The position numbers and the translations under genes are program-made. Under the pieces are notes generated by a model, which searched no databases, was not told the origin of the DNA, and saw only the letters and a list, made by a program, of their open reading frames with translations. A stretch of DNA of 64,000 nucleotides from Lingula anatina (taxonomy: Eukaryota; Animalia; Brachiopoda). The stretch lies in contig CM120641.1 of the NCBI GenBank assembly GCA_051362555.1, positions 9,982,001 to 10,046,000 of the forward strand, given 5' to 3'. Positions 25,601 to 39,608 of this stretch are shown here, one piece after another; position 1 is the stretch's first letter; every line of letters begins with the position of its first letter.

Positions 25601-28600
25601 TTGTTATGAAAAGATTCTGCAGACAAAAATTTACCCTTTGTTAAGTTTTGTGATATAACATAATATTCTGCTGTTCAGCAAATGTCACAGATATAATCAA
25701 CGTAAAAAAATTTATAAGAGAATCTCAGTTTTAAACTATAAATTGTTTCTTATAAATATTCAGCAACATTATTTTTACCTTTTCTATTAGTTTAGCAGCA
25801 GCTTGGAGCTTCTTCAAGAAAAACATCTGCCACATCAAACTGCAAATTCCTAGAAATGATTGCCAAGACAATACATGTCATTCCACATTTCTGTCTCTAT
25901 GAAACAAAAGCCCAACCCTTAATACTACACATCAGAAAAAAATGCTTTTTATCTTGTTGCTTAAAGTATAATGGCCAAATGCACACAAACCCATGGTTTA
26001 AACATCAATTTTCTTTCCCAATTGACAAAACAACCTTTAAAATAACTTACCATGCTGCAACACTCCATTTTGAACAAGTTTTAAAAAGTCCAGGGAATGC
26101 CTTAATTTGGACACAACCTTCAAATAGAAGAGTAGCAATTCACAGTCTCTTAAAAGAGCTAATGTGATTTTTTTCAAGCAACAAAACTTATTTCTCTAGA
26201 GTGTAATGAAAATCAACAAAATTATCATACTCTGTGGCCAATGAAATGAAATGAATTACTCAGTTCCTGGTAATTATGTGCAAAAACATTTGTACAGTAT
26301 CTATTACTGAGGGGTGTTATTTGCAATGAGATTTATCTGACTAGCAAAATTCCCACCTCCGGGTCTTTGTTCCACCTTACTCCATACTCCCAGGCACAGT
26401 TAGCATACAACACATCCTGCTCCAGGCTGTGGGGAAACCTGATATGTAATGAATGTAAGAGATCTGGAAATGAATGACAGAAGTGAAAATATTACTGACA
26501 AATATCGGCTACTCGCAAAGCACAGGCTAAAAGTATTACAGAAAACTGAGTGCCTGGTTCTTTCATTCTTACTATACTATCTGGTAATGTTCAAAGTTTT
26601 CCACTTCAATGTTCTTTATAAAAAAGATGGTTTAAGTTTTAGTTTTGAGCCAAGTATATGTAAATTGAATTAAATTGTAAATTGAATTTTATTTAAAGAA
26701 ATCTGTGCCCACTTCAAAGCTGTATCATACATGCACTAAATCCATGCAAAAACTTTTTTTCACCTATATTTATAAATTTCTATTTCAGCTATTTAATTCA
26801 TTGTAAAGATAATTGATACAAAATAGATAAGACAACTTTTTGTCCCCAATTCCAGACACCCATCTTACCCGTCATATCTTTAATATCAGTTTCTAGATGG
26901 CTGCTGGTTTCAGGAGACTTGGGGCATGTTATGGAAGAATCACTACCATCACTCGATGTTCTGATGACATATGGTAGGAAAGGTTTGGTTCCTATGTCCC
27001 TTGCAGAAGCCCATTTGGCAATGATTTCTGCTATAATTCCTTAAAATTTAGAAACTATGATAGTCAGTCAAAGAGATAAAAGAAAAGTCTTGCAAATTAC
27101 TCCTCTGACTGTATGAAGATATTTTATACATGTAAATTATGGGATATCTGGTCTCCAATATAAGATTTGTTCTCGAAAATCCTGGCATAAATACACGATT
27201 TTACTTATTGGAAGAGGCTCTTTTCTTTTAAATAACAAATGGGTAGTTTCCTTTAAAACATCAACTAACTTTTCAACATAGCCATATTAACTCACCTCTG
27301 CCTCCCTCTAGCACCTTGTTCACAGACACCTCTATATCAGCTGACTTGGTCACATGACTTGTGTCGTCTGCTTCCTTCCACCTAAGCAAGCACTCCAGAA
27401 GAAGTAGATCTTCCAGCTGCTGGACAAGAATGTTCCATTTCTCATTTTCTAATGTAACTGCCTCCCATTCGGACATGTCAGTGTCTTCAGCTGCAGCTTT
27501 TTCATCCTGAGAAATGTTATTTTTGAATCTAACTTAAAGTTGCATATACAGCTTGATAAGTTTACCTAACAAGGGTAAACTTTCTCAAAGATTTTCTTTT
27601 CAAATTAATTGCTTGGAAAATTTTCTTACTGTTCTAGTAATATCTAATTTATTGACAAATGTTGTTGATTAAAAGTAAAGCTCTAAAATACACGTAAGAT
27701 TTCAAATACATCTCAATATTCTAATATCTAAGAAGAACACAAACCTTGTTTTTTCTGTATAAATACATAACACTCAAACTGACACTTCTACAAGTTTGCG
27801 CCAACATAAGTGAAGGACCAATATGGCTGGATGAACTGCATGCCGCACGGATCTTCTCCCACCAGGGGGCAGTGCGATTAGTCTCTGCTACCACCTCTTC
27901 CAGGTCTGAAAAGAATTGAAATTTAAATAAACTGGCATCATATGCAAAAGGAAAGTCATATTTAATGCTTTTTTCTTTATACAATGAAGTTAAAAATCTT
28001 GAAAATTTTGAAAATCTAATATTTATTTATTTATTTTAATCTTTGCCTCTCTCTCTACCTTTTCTCTCTGTGAATGCTTTTACCAAGCCATAGAGCCTCT
28101 CCATACAAGCTGTGGGCTGGAAGGTTTCTGACAACCAGTGGTTCCATAATAGTGACTGATGAGAAAAAAGGGGTTACAAGGTAGTATGCTGGGATTTATT
28201 CAGACTCTTAAATGACATACTGTTATAAAAAGATAATTGTTGATCAATGAGTGGCAACTACAGATGTTTGCTCAGTTTGTCATTACACAAATTAGAAAAT
28301 TCTAAGAAACATAACCTATTGGTATACTTGATACATAACAGAATATGGACATACTTTAGATTTGATTAAAAAAATCAAATTCTTTAGCTTACCATTACTT
28401 GTTCTGGTAAAATTTTGGACATCAATTTAATATCCATAACATCTTCAACTTCACAGTTTCCATTAAGACAGGTCTTAAACAAAAAGGAACCTAAAGAAAA
28501 AATACGGTACTATTCCTAATGTAATTTCCTGGAAATAGTTAATCTTGCTCACAGATCATATCCAAGTAAAATTTCAAAATCTCAAGCTAATGGATTTTCA

Positions 28601-31600
28601 ATGAAATGTATCTATTACATATTTCATATCTTGAGAACATTGAAAAGTATAAAGAGAGTGTAGACCTCCACCAAGGCAGCTCAATTCTCATTACTATTAA
28701 TTTATTAATGAATCAATACCAACATACAATAACTGATTTAAGACCTATCATGAAAAATTAATCAAAATCCGTCATTAACTTTTTGATCCAGGCTGTTAAA
28801 TGACAAACTAGCAAAGGCAAAAACAACCCCCTTGACAGAGGTAATATGTGAAACGCATATTCAACGGGGAATGCAATTACATTATCGTTAATTCACTTTC
28901 TTTATCTAAAGTGTGATGAAATATATCATACATACATACCCAACTTTTGTAACATCTCTGAATTCAAATCATGCCTTATATTGAGAGAGTAGGTCATGTC
29001 AGCCAGTTGGTCTTCTTTAGTTCTGTGAATGTGGCAAGTGAAGCAATTTAGGAACTGTGTCACTGTCAATTCGGAATCAGCAGCAAATTTCACCTTATGC
29101 TCTCTGTTATCTGCCACAAGCTGCTTGTGTTTGTTAAGTAGGTCCAGCACTTCTTCTACCTCTGACTGAGTTAGGGAAAGCAAGGCCTGGAGCGACTAGA
29201 ATGAAGGCAGGAAAATAAATAAGTGAATCAAAAGAGGATACAAGACAAAAAATGTTTATACTGAGAGAATAATGTAGGGAAGATCTCAGAGAAAAAATAA
29301 GACACTGTTCCTGATGTCCGAATTAGCAGACATACTTTTCGTTGCTTATACATCAGTTCCTTTCATAACACTATTGAATTAAAACTTTATATTACCTTTA
29401 CTTCAATATTTATCTTCAAGTATCACATGTGTAAATTAAGCTATTTATTATTAACGTAGAATGTTGGGTCTATTCCTTTTAAGTATTTTCCCAAAAAAAT
29501 TCAGCAACTGTTCAAACCATTTTACATACATTGTTAACAATTAGTAAGCAATTTTTTCACCTGTTGGGAATCCCTTTCTTTCTCAGTGCTTTCCTTTTCT
29601 GTCACTGTCTCCTCTTGTTTGCCAGCATTCAAACTATCCAGCATGCTATATGCATTCAGCAGTTCACTATATCCTTTACAAAACTGAAGCAGCATCTTAC
29701 TGTCAACATCTATTGTAACTGCATCTGAAAAAACAAGGAAAATTCATATAGCAATTAATAATATTTACTTATACATCTTTCAATAACAACCACTGGACTA
29801 AGGCTATGACAAAATTAAATTTTAAAACTTGTATTCTAATAGTATTGCATAAAAACCCTGCATCTCAATGAACTTTTTGTGAGCATATACTTTCCACAGA
29901 TTCATATTATCAGTAACTGATGGTCTGTAGTGTTCCACATGCCTTGTTGTTCTATCTGCTCTACAATGGCTGAGACCACACTGACCAAAACTTTCAATGG
30001 AATGTGTCTGGTGGTCAGAATCTTCTCCAAGCCCTGGGGACGGACATAATATGAGGTTTTGAGAATTAACAAATTTGTTCATCACTAAAGTTGTTTAGTA
30101 TCCTTGTAATTCATCAACCACATTTTACTGTTTAAAATCAACACTGATCTGCACAAGGAAGATGTACTGAAAAAAGTTATTATATGTGCTTTATGTATGT
30201 ATGACAGACATGCTATCTTATCACATATTTCAACAGAAAATGTGTAAGTTTTAAAGAAAAGAAAAGAGAAGAAAAGTAGTCAGTTAATCAATTATTACCT
30301 GTTGCCTTATGCTGGCTATCTTTATGTCATAAAGGAGACTTATAAGCTCTGTTTCTGTGGCTGAAATGTAATGATAATAATCAAGGTTAACTTCACCTAC
30401 GCATAATAAAGGCAATGCCATAGGAACCATATTATATAACAGAATATGAAATATAGCAGTAACAGCAACACAAATGTCTTTTTTTAAATTATTTACATTG
30501 ATAATTATGTGGCAAGGTTTTCTATATGTATCAGCTGGAAGATATTTAATAATGAAATGCATTCAATTATGAATGTTATGTCTTCAGTGCTGATGTGACT
30601 GTGAGTAATGTCTCTAACTTTCACACCTGTGCCATTCTGAACTTGTCTCAGTGCAGCCTTCAACTTTTTTAGCAAATGGACATCTCTTGCCCTTTTGCTA
30701 TTTTTGTCACTAAAAGAAAAAAAACAAACATTAAAAATAGAACATATTTCAGTGAAGATCTCATCGTCAATGTCAAAGGCCATATGTTAAAAAATCTTCC
30801 ATGACACTGTAGGCTTTAAATCTTACTACATGGAAAAAATGTTAACGTACAAAGCAAAGAAAGCACAAGGTATATATACATTATATACATATGCACGTTT
30901 GACACACTGATACAAAATTATTACTTCCATGAACCAAATCTCTGCATATTTGCCACCAGATAACTTGATGACTTAAATAGCACACTCACAGATCTTGAAT
31001 AATGCATGCATGTCTACACACAGATGCATTATCAGCAGTGTAACCCTTACACACAACATAGCTTACCTCAATGCAAGGTGGAATGGGACATCAACTGTGC
31101 TTAAGTTTCCATGTGGATCAAGCAGGTAGCACATAAAATGGTTCTGTTTGACACCCCTGATAGTAACATTGTTCAACCCAAGCATGCCATGTGACTGGTA
31201 TAAGAGCTGACACCATTTGCTGACACTAAAGGCAGCCACTCTAGGGCCTTGTTCTGCTGTCCATACCTAGAAACAATCATGCGTTTATTTAAAAACCATA
31301 AGGAAATCTTTCAAAAGGCGGGAAACTCCCATGGCATTCCTAACCTTGCTATAAAGTGTATTATTGTATCTGCAACTGTTAACTTTATGTACTAAAACAA
31401 TTGTAGACAAACTGTAGACCAGATACTTTCATTTCATGATGTTTTTCTTTGATCAGGCAAACAACAAAAGAAGGCAACCCTTCCCCAACCCAAATAAGAT
31501 TGTCTGTGTAAGTCACAAGAAGTTGCTTCACACTCTCCTGTATATATGCTGCATCTCCATCTGTTCCCCTTCATAAAAACACCATTTACCTCCAAGAGGC

Positions 31601-32593
31601 CCCTCCTGGGTGCATATATCACCAGGAATAACGCCAGTCTGGAGCTCTGCTCATGTGGATCCTCTTTCACCTGGACCCAGCCTACCTGAGCATCACGATA
31701 ACCTGAAATATGACAGACATTCACAACCTTTAAAGAACATGTACCTATTATTTCTCTCCAAAGATCTAAATCTGACCAAATCTGACTCTATTCTGATTTC
31801 ATTCAACATACCCCAGGCCAGTTAATAAAGTCGTAATGAGTTAATAATTTCTCATCACTTTTTGTTCACTTTATCCATTCTATATACCCAATTGCAGAAA
31901 GTGGCACACTATGACTGTCATTAGGTATTGCTATATTTGGGAAAACCGACCCTTCTGTTACCTAGAGCTGTTATTTCTTACATTCTAAATAAAAAAAAAA
32001 TTAATAAATTTTAAAAAACTGACCTTTCCACATCCTGACAGCTCTTCCCTTCAAGATATCAACTAACAAAACTCTTCCATAACTGTCTGTGACAGCAGCC
32101 AGGTTGTTGTTTGGAGAGAGTACAATGCTCTCTCCCTGTCTGTGCTTGTCTGGCAGACCACTCCTACAAACATCAGGATATTGTTGTAAAGATGTTATAA
32201 TAAGTCATCAATACAAAACTCTTTCAGTAATCTTACAAATACAAATTTCTGTGACAGCATAGAGGTATCACTGAAAATTTCCTAAAAATTAAACATAAAA
32301 TATATAAATGTATAGTATATATTATCTTCTTTTATTTAAGAAAATGGAATATGTTAGGCTAAAATCCATGTCGCATTAATATTCAGTTTTTTCGTTGAGT
32401 CAAATGGAATTCCAACCATATAAATCCATATGTATATAAATATATATCAAAAATTAAACATTAAATACATAAATGTATAGTACATATTATTCTCTTTTAT
32501 TTAAGAAAATGGAATATGTTAGGCTAAAATCCATGTCGCATTAATATTCAGTTTTTTCATTGAGTCAAATAGAATTCCAACCATATAGGTCCA

Positions 32594-32637
<44 letters not shown>

Positions 32638-35600
32638 AAATTTATAGATAACAGCTTTTGATAAATAAATTTCAATTCAACAGTGCCTTATAAACAAGGG
32701 CGTGGCTGGTTCTACTTTTGGCTTGTGTCTTTCTTTGTTTTCTTCAGTGTTATGCTTGATACCAAACCAACCACTGGAAAAAATAAAAATTGTTATTATT
32801 GTAACCCATAAAATGTTACTTTCAGGTAAATGAAAAGAAAGGAGTTTTACTCTGCTATGTCAAGGCAGTCTTTATGAGAAATACACAATATATGTAGCAG
32901 AATAATGGAACCAAATCCCATTGTCTTTTCAATACATATTATTTCTAAACACTTGTCATGTAATCGATTCAAACCAATGTCTATTAAGCAAACTATTTTG
33001 CCTGTTGATTTTCAAAAAAATTTCATGTTATCGATAAACAAGCACAATCACAGCTAACAAACTGTACTAAAAGAGACTTACTTTGGTACCTGAAATTAGC
33101 TTTACCAAAATCCCAAATGATTCCCTTACCATACATCATATAGTATAGCAAAAGCAATCTGGTGGTAATCCAAAATTATTTTCCCTTGTCTAATTTAGAT
33201 CTGTTGCGATGAGGCCTGAAAGTTACACCTTACCTTGCAGCACTAAGGAAGGCAGACTTGAGTTTATGTGCTACTGCATATGCCACATCTGATAAAAGTG
33301 GCTGAGCTGAGCCCTAAAAAATTGACAAATCACTATTGGGTAACACAATTCCTGCAACAATTTGAGAACAGCAAATAAAACACATCCATTATAAGAAAAA
33401 CAGCTGAACAAGAACTTCATATTGGACTTTGCTTTAGGTCTTATTTCCTCTCAGTGTGTAGTATTCTTCTGCCCAGGACTCTGCTTCATTAGTTTAATAA
33501 AGACAGAACTACCAATAAATGCAAGTCCAACATAGCAGACTTTACAGTTTACAAATTTACAGAAAGACATATTTACCTCCATAGCATGAAAGAAGCCCAC
33601 AAAGGGCCCAGATCCTGTGGTGGTGTATATGGCAGCTGCAGGGGGAGTGGGTTTGATGGTGGCACTATACCCACCCCACAGAGAGGCTGTCTCCAACTGG
33701 TCAAAGGCACAGGGGGTCACAACACCTAAAACAAGGAGTCTTACTTGGACATACTGTTGAAATGCTGTATTCTAAAGTGTAACGTCAATGCAGATGTACC
33801 CACTTAATTTGAAATCTAAAGATTGATTATACAATCAAACAAGATAATGAATTCTTATGAAGGTAAGATTTTCTATTCATCTGAGAAAAATTGTCATTAA
33901 AGAAAATTGACATACCAAACTCCAAGCCCTTTTGCCTACACCCCCCCCCCCCCCCCCCACACACACACACAACAGCAAATATTGAGCATGAAATATATCT
34001 TTTCAAAATATAACATTTAACTTCATTTTAATGTACTAACCACAGCTCACATGTCCTGTGACAGCATCCTGCTCTTGCAGGCCCCACTTCTTGTAAGCCA
34101 GAGGAGGAGGAGTGATGGTGTCACTACCACTGGCTGCAGCTGATATTTAGAATGAGTTAAATTATGAGAAATATTTGGGAAAAAAAGAAAAATACTTATT
34201 AAAATTCACTTCAATAAATTGGAGCAACTCATTTGAGTTCCACTGGTTAAAATATGCCTAGCTGTAGAAATTTAACAATGTTCTTAATATGAGTAACCCA
34301 TTAATACATAGGTGAATATGGAAAATCCTTATCTGTCATCTAAGGAAAGGGCCACCAAATAAAAATAATACCATAGAACTCTAAAATATCTCATATCTTA
34401 AAACACACCAAACATTTGATACCTCTAGCAACTTGGTTCCTGCATGCTCTCAAAGTCTGGAACAGACTGAAGCCATCTATTGTCACCAGAGACTTAGGAT
34501 ACAGAATGGTCAATTCTTCATGCTATAAAAGAGATCATTGTAGTTCTCCTTAATAGTGGTGTTCGAGAAGTATAAAGGTTAAAGAAAAAGCATTAGCAGT
34601 TTTAAAGTAAGTTGATACATAAAATCTAATCATACATAGAAATTAATTTGATAGAGTAGAAGGATAGGAAGGGTTTGCAAATCAATAGTTTTTTTTTTTT
34701 TTTTTTTGCTTAAGGTGCTAATATATTCTAAAACTGTTCTAAATATAAGTGTTTACATTATTTGTACCTGTTCTGATGCTGCAGCATGTCTTGGTGGTTC
34801 ATATGTTTTACATTTAAATTCCTGCACCATCTTTTCATGAAGCAGTTGTGACAACAAAAGCACTCCAGTCTACAAAAAAGAGAACAATTGCATTACTCAT
34901 TTAGGAACTTTTGTTATCACAGAATATTCTTCCACTCAAAGAAATCACAAAATGACTTCACATAAATAAATCAGTTAAAATATTCAAGAATTTAAGCAGC
35001 ACCCATAAAATCTTTAATATTCACATTTAGTATATATATAGCTACTATATGAAACAATGTCTTGAAAATAAAACTTGCAAATAAACTCCCAAGCTATAAC
35101 ATATATATTTTATTAAATCACATCATCTTTAAAATGCATAGAGAAAGGTATAATTAGATAGCTTTTTTTTAAAAGATATTTTGTTTAGAAATTTCATCAA
35201 TCTTTTAAACAAATCTTACTCAAAACAACATTGGTTGTTATTTGTGAGTGGTGTTGGGTTTGGTGTCCACTGTGTTTCATACCTCAGTATAAAACCTCAC
35301 ATAACCAGAGGTAAAGCCCACTATTACACATGTCCAGTCAGGTCCACCCTGGGTTGATCTGAATAAAGTATATAGCCAAATATCAGTGAAATTCTAACGT
35401 CATTCCTAGCAATTTTCAGACCATATCACACCACAGAAGAATCATAACTACCGACTATAGCAGTGAAATGAGTATGTTTTATCTCAGTAATGTATAACTG
35501 TTCAAAAGAACTGTAAGTGCTGGATAATCTTTTACCTGATAATTTTTGGTATAAAGACAAAGATAATACATGTATAGAATAACCATTATTCTAATATTTC

Positions 35601-37164
35601 TGAGCATTTACCTTTTTTGAGAAGCCAATGGCAGGCACAACAAGCTGGAAATCTTTTCTCTGTTAAAAACAAAATAAGGGTATTAAGGTTGCCATAAAAT
35701 TGTCTCCATAAATTAGAATGTATTATCAAATATGATTTAGCAGAACACATGTTAATCATGTTACAAAAACATTTTAATTTCCTATCAGCGCATAATGCAT
35801 TATGCTTCAAAAAAGTTTTAGACAAAAATGTCCAATTTAACAATCTACCCCATCTTCAGCTTTTCTCCTAAATGATTGTTGCATCCCTAGTAAAAAGAAA
35901 CTAAAGAATAAATAGTATTAAGACACCAAGGAGAAAAAACAAATGTTTACCCTTCTTCTTGCTTCACCACTCCTTGCCATGATATACAAAATTTTGTCTC
36001 CATTTCCCCTTCATCTGGTGTATATTTCTCTGCAAATGGTAATAAAACAATATCAATTGAACATATCCCAATGTGTGTATGCCTGAGAACAATTAATTCA
36101 TTAAAGGGATAATAACTCTTCGTATGCGACCAATATTTCACAATAAAAACCTTGTGAATAACTCATAGAAATATAATATATTCTGTTTTACCACAAAAAC
36201 AGCAGTTATAGCTTTTATTCTGATATTTGAACTTGTCTTTAGACCACGTGACCTCCATTGATGTCTATACTCTGTTAAAATCTCTTAAGAGATTTTAACA
36301 AAAAACCAAACTTTTTAGAATTAAACCAGGGACTAACTTTGAATGTAAAAATGGATTCATTAACCATTGGTAAGTACGGGAAAATTGTTGTTTACTCCAG
36401 GAAAATTCATTTTTTGGCCGAAACGAAGAGTTATTATTGCTTTAATTAAATCAATAAATTACTGTAATAGATAAAGAAAATTGGGCTTAGAAAAAAATTG
36501 TTCATTTCTAAAGATGTAAAAATCTTTATTTGTACCAATAAAACTTGAAGTTAGGTTTAATGCAAAACTGCACATGTGGAATATTGTGCAGGTATAGCAA
36601 AAGATGGATAAACCACAAAATTGTGTTGCAAATTACTTACGACTCAGAATGACAAGTTTTTCATCATAGCCAATAGCTAGCAAGTCATTAGCTGGGGACA
36701 GTGATATCTTGCAGTCCTGCAGCCAAACATGTCCCTCCCCAGGTGAACCTGTGCTATCTTCTGAACCTTCCTCCTCTTCTTTCTCTTCGTCTTCAACCTT
36801 CCAGCCCCAGTCATTCCAGTCCCCTAAAATTTAGACAAGTTATATTATTGCAGGAACTTTCTATGGGGCTTTAATGCGTGTTTTTCAATAAGTCAGTGGA
36901 AAAAATTAAAATTGATAATTAACTGCATGATTTTCAGGGACTTGACTTGCCTCAGGTGTTGGGCTTTCTCCAGGGAGCACAAATCTTACAATAACCCGGT
37001 CTTATTTTGGCTATAATAACTGCCTTCTTCATTAAAATTTACTTTAAAAACTTACCTTCACTATCTTCTTGATTTTCATCCGTATCAACTGTCAGGGGGA
37101 ACAAGAACTTTTTCACATTTCCGAGATCTTCAACACAGCAAGCAGTGCCAAGCTGGATGGACAT
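22699..37164 (-). CDS. RAB3GAP2: Rab3 GTPase-activating protein non-catalytic subunit, ~33 exons
   Basis: ATG at 37164 ([23 protein letters not shown]). Recognisable segments: 35358-35283 [25 protein letters not shown]; 32773-32687 [10 protein letters not shown]; 32163-32024 [16 protein letters not shown]; 31702-31590 [22 protein letters not shown]; 31266-31067 VPFHLAL; 25536-25501 [12 protein letters not shown]; 23778-23584 [16 protein letters not shown]; last exon 22842-22699 ending TGA. Exon phases are compatible, and two introns need GC donors. Confidence 0.95.
28642..28846 (-). mobile_element. decayed Helentron-associated (HINE/DINE-1-like) element
   Basis: GAGAGTGTAGACCTCCACCAAGGCAGC ... 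CCTTGACAGAGGTAAT is the degenerate reverse complement of the ends of the element at 58754-59143. Confidence 0.6.
32285..32636. repeat. recent ~165-bp tandem duplication followed by (CTAT)n in a RAB3GAP2 intron
   Basis: Two near-identical units, AAAAATTAAACAT...GGAATATGTTAGGCTAAAATCCATGTCGCATTAATATTCAG...CCAACCATATA, start at ~32285 and ~32450. Confidence 0.92.
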
Positions 37165-37496
37165 TTTTGTTTTCTTTCTCTCAAGATACGCCCCGCATTT
37201 AGTTATAAAGTTTCCGGTTGATTTTAAATCAATAATTCATATAACGATTTCGATATTTTTATATTAATTTACGTGAGACATGTACATTTGTGTTTCTGAA
37301 AATGCTTCAAGAGCAAATACTGTCGATGTATCTTTAAAATATTATTATGTTAAAGCCTACCTTGAATGCACTTATGCTATCATCGGAGAACTTATTTATC
37401 CTTTTTCACTAGAGCGCATTTGTGAAAAGCCAGGCTAGTGAAAATCTATTTTTAAATGATGGTTATAACTGGAACCAGCTATGAACAGTAAATGAA
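37165..37496. promoter_or_regulatory. bidirectional promoter region shared by RAB3GAP2 and XRCC3
   Basis: Divergent ATGs at 37164 (-) and 37497 (+) are separated by only 332 bp; a CCGG-containing ETS-like TTTCCGG lies at 37211-37217. Confidence 0.7.
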
Positions 37497-39525
37497 ATGC
37501 AGCAGACAGCGACATTAGATGATCTTGATATTAATCCGAGAATAATTAAAGCTCTGAAGAGAGGTATGACAGAACTGTATCTGCTTTATTAGTAAGCCCT
37601 ACAATTTCTAAGCTTGGGGTCACCCATTTTATCATCTTTTTCTCAAGTCTACACTTTTTCAGACCCCTCCCCCTTTCAGAGGGCACAAAGTGAAAAGTTA
37701 AAAATGTTGACTTTTGACAGCAATTTGGATTTTCACTGAGCATTACCCCCCCCGCCCCCCCCTTGGCGCATGATTCGTAGACTTATTGAAATGATTATAT
37801 TATAAATGGATGATCCCTTGCAGAGATTGTTCAATGTTTGATGAAAAAAAGCAGAGGTCACTTGTACTTTTATCTTACAAAGCGACAAACTTGAAATTTG
37901 GTGTACAGATAGCCATATCTGAGTGTGAATAAACCGTTTGAATTTTAAAGTTTTATCATTTACGTAGATAAAACAATACTCGTGTTTTTTTAGTGACACC
38001 ATGTATGATGTCATATTCATAAGAGTTAAAAGTTGCCCAAACTGATTTTCATCCCCTACACATTTTTACAGACACTTCATTTTTGTCACACAATAATCAC
38101 ATATATATGTAGGACTGGTCATGAACACACAATTAAAATTTTGGTTCTAAGATTTTCCCAAACAGAAATATGCCTGTTAAATGGACAAAAAAAAAACCTA
38201 AAAACAACAAAAAGCGACTTTTGAATTTGCCAAAAAATATGAAAATCAGTTAAGCACCTTTTAACAAATTTGATAAAATTGCCATATAACACCATATAGA
38301 TCATACAATAAGCTGCTCTGTGGTATATAGATGGGTGTGTAGATTATATGAAGAGTAGATAATGAACAAACATTCATGTTATTTACATTTTATTTAAGCA
38401 AAACTATTGGATTTTGGTCAAATTTTGAGTCTCTCTGCACCAGACTTGGAACGGAACACTACACTTTCAATGAGAGATGTCCATATGGTACACAGGGAAG
38501 TCGCCAAGGCTGTGAAAAAACCAGCTGTTATATCAGGTTTGTACAGATGTATCTAGTATACATGTATTTATCAAAACATTCTGAAAGCATATTTGTGTGT
38601 TTCTCATTATAAATTTAACTGAGCATTCAAAAATATGTCCGTAATCTGTCAAAATTTATACATGAGTCGATATATTTCTCCAAAAACCAAAGTTAAGGTA
38701 AAATGGACAGTATGTAAAAATGCAAATAGTGCTTTTTGTGTGAATGAATGGCTGTTAAGAATTACTGTGCATATAAAGGATTTAACAGTCCTAGATACTT
38801 ATATGTTTTTGAAATTTAACCTTCATAGCTATACAAATTTTATTTCATTGTATAATTGCAGCTCTTGAATTGTCCTCTGAATCATGTCCAGACTGCCATA
38901 AAATATTTTACCTGAGCACAGGCGATGGTTTAATTGACAAACTTCTACGAGGTATATCTGTTTTGATCTTATTAATATTCATGTTCAAATTCATGATTAA
39001 ATACCTATGCTGTAAAGAGTTTAAGCAAAAGTAGGAAAGACATTTGGTAAATTTTCATTAACAATTTTTAAAGCAATTCCTAGTGATCTACAAATATGAT
39101 TGCCACCAAAGATTTACAACATTCTCTGTTTTTATAGAAATTAAGTTTCAGAATATTCTCTATTATATCAGGAGGCATTCTATCCAAAGGCATCACAGAG
39201 GTGGCTGGAGCTAGTGCAACTGGCAAAACACAGTTTTGTATTCAGTTGTGTTTAACAGTGCAGCTTCCTAGAGCACAGGGAGGATTGGGGGGAGGTGAGA
39301 AACCTAAACATAGTATTTTCATGTGATTTTCAAAGTTTTCCTTGGACATAAAAAAGAGTTTCATAATCATCGTCAGTTCATACACAAGTGGCAATAATAT
39401 GATTGTACTTTTACGTTTTCTGAACTGCTATTCCAGTGAAATTTGACTTAAGCATAGGTGATTCTTATTGTAGTTTATGTGTATAGTGATTTGTTTGGTT
39501 AAATCCTTTAAAACATTTGCTTTCA

Positions 39526-39608
<83 letters not shown>

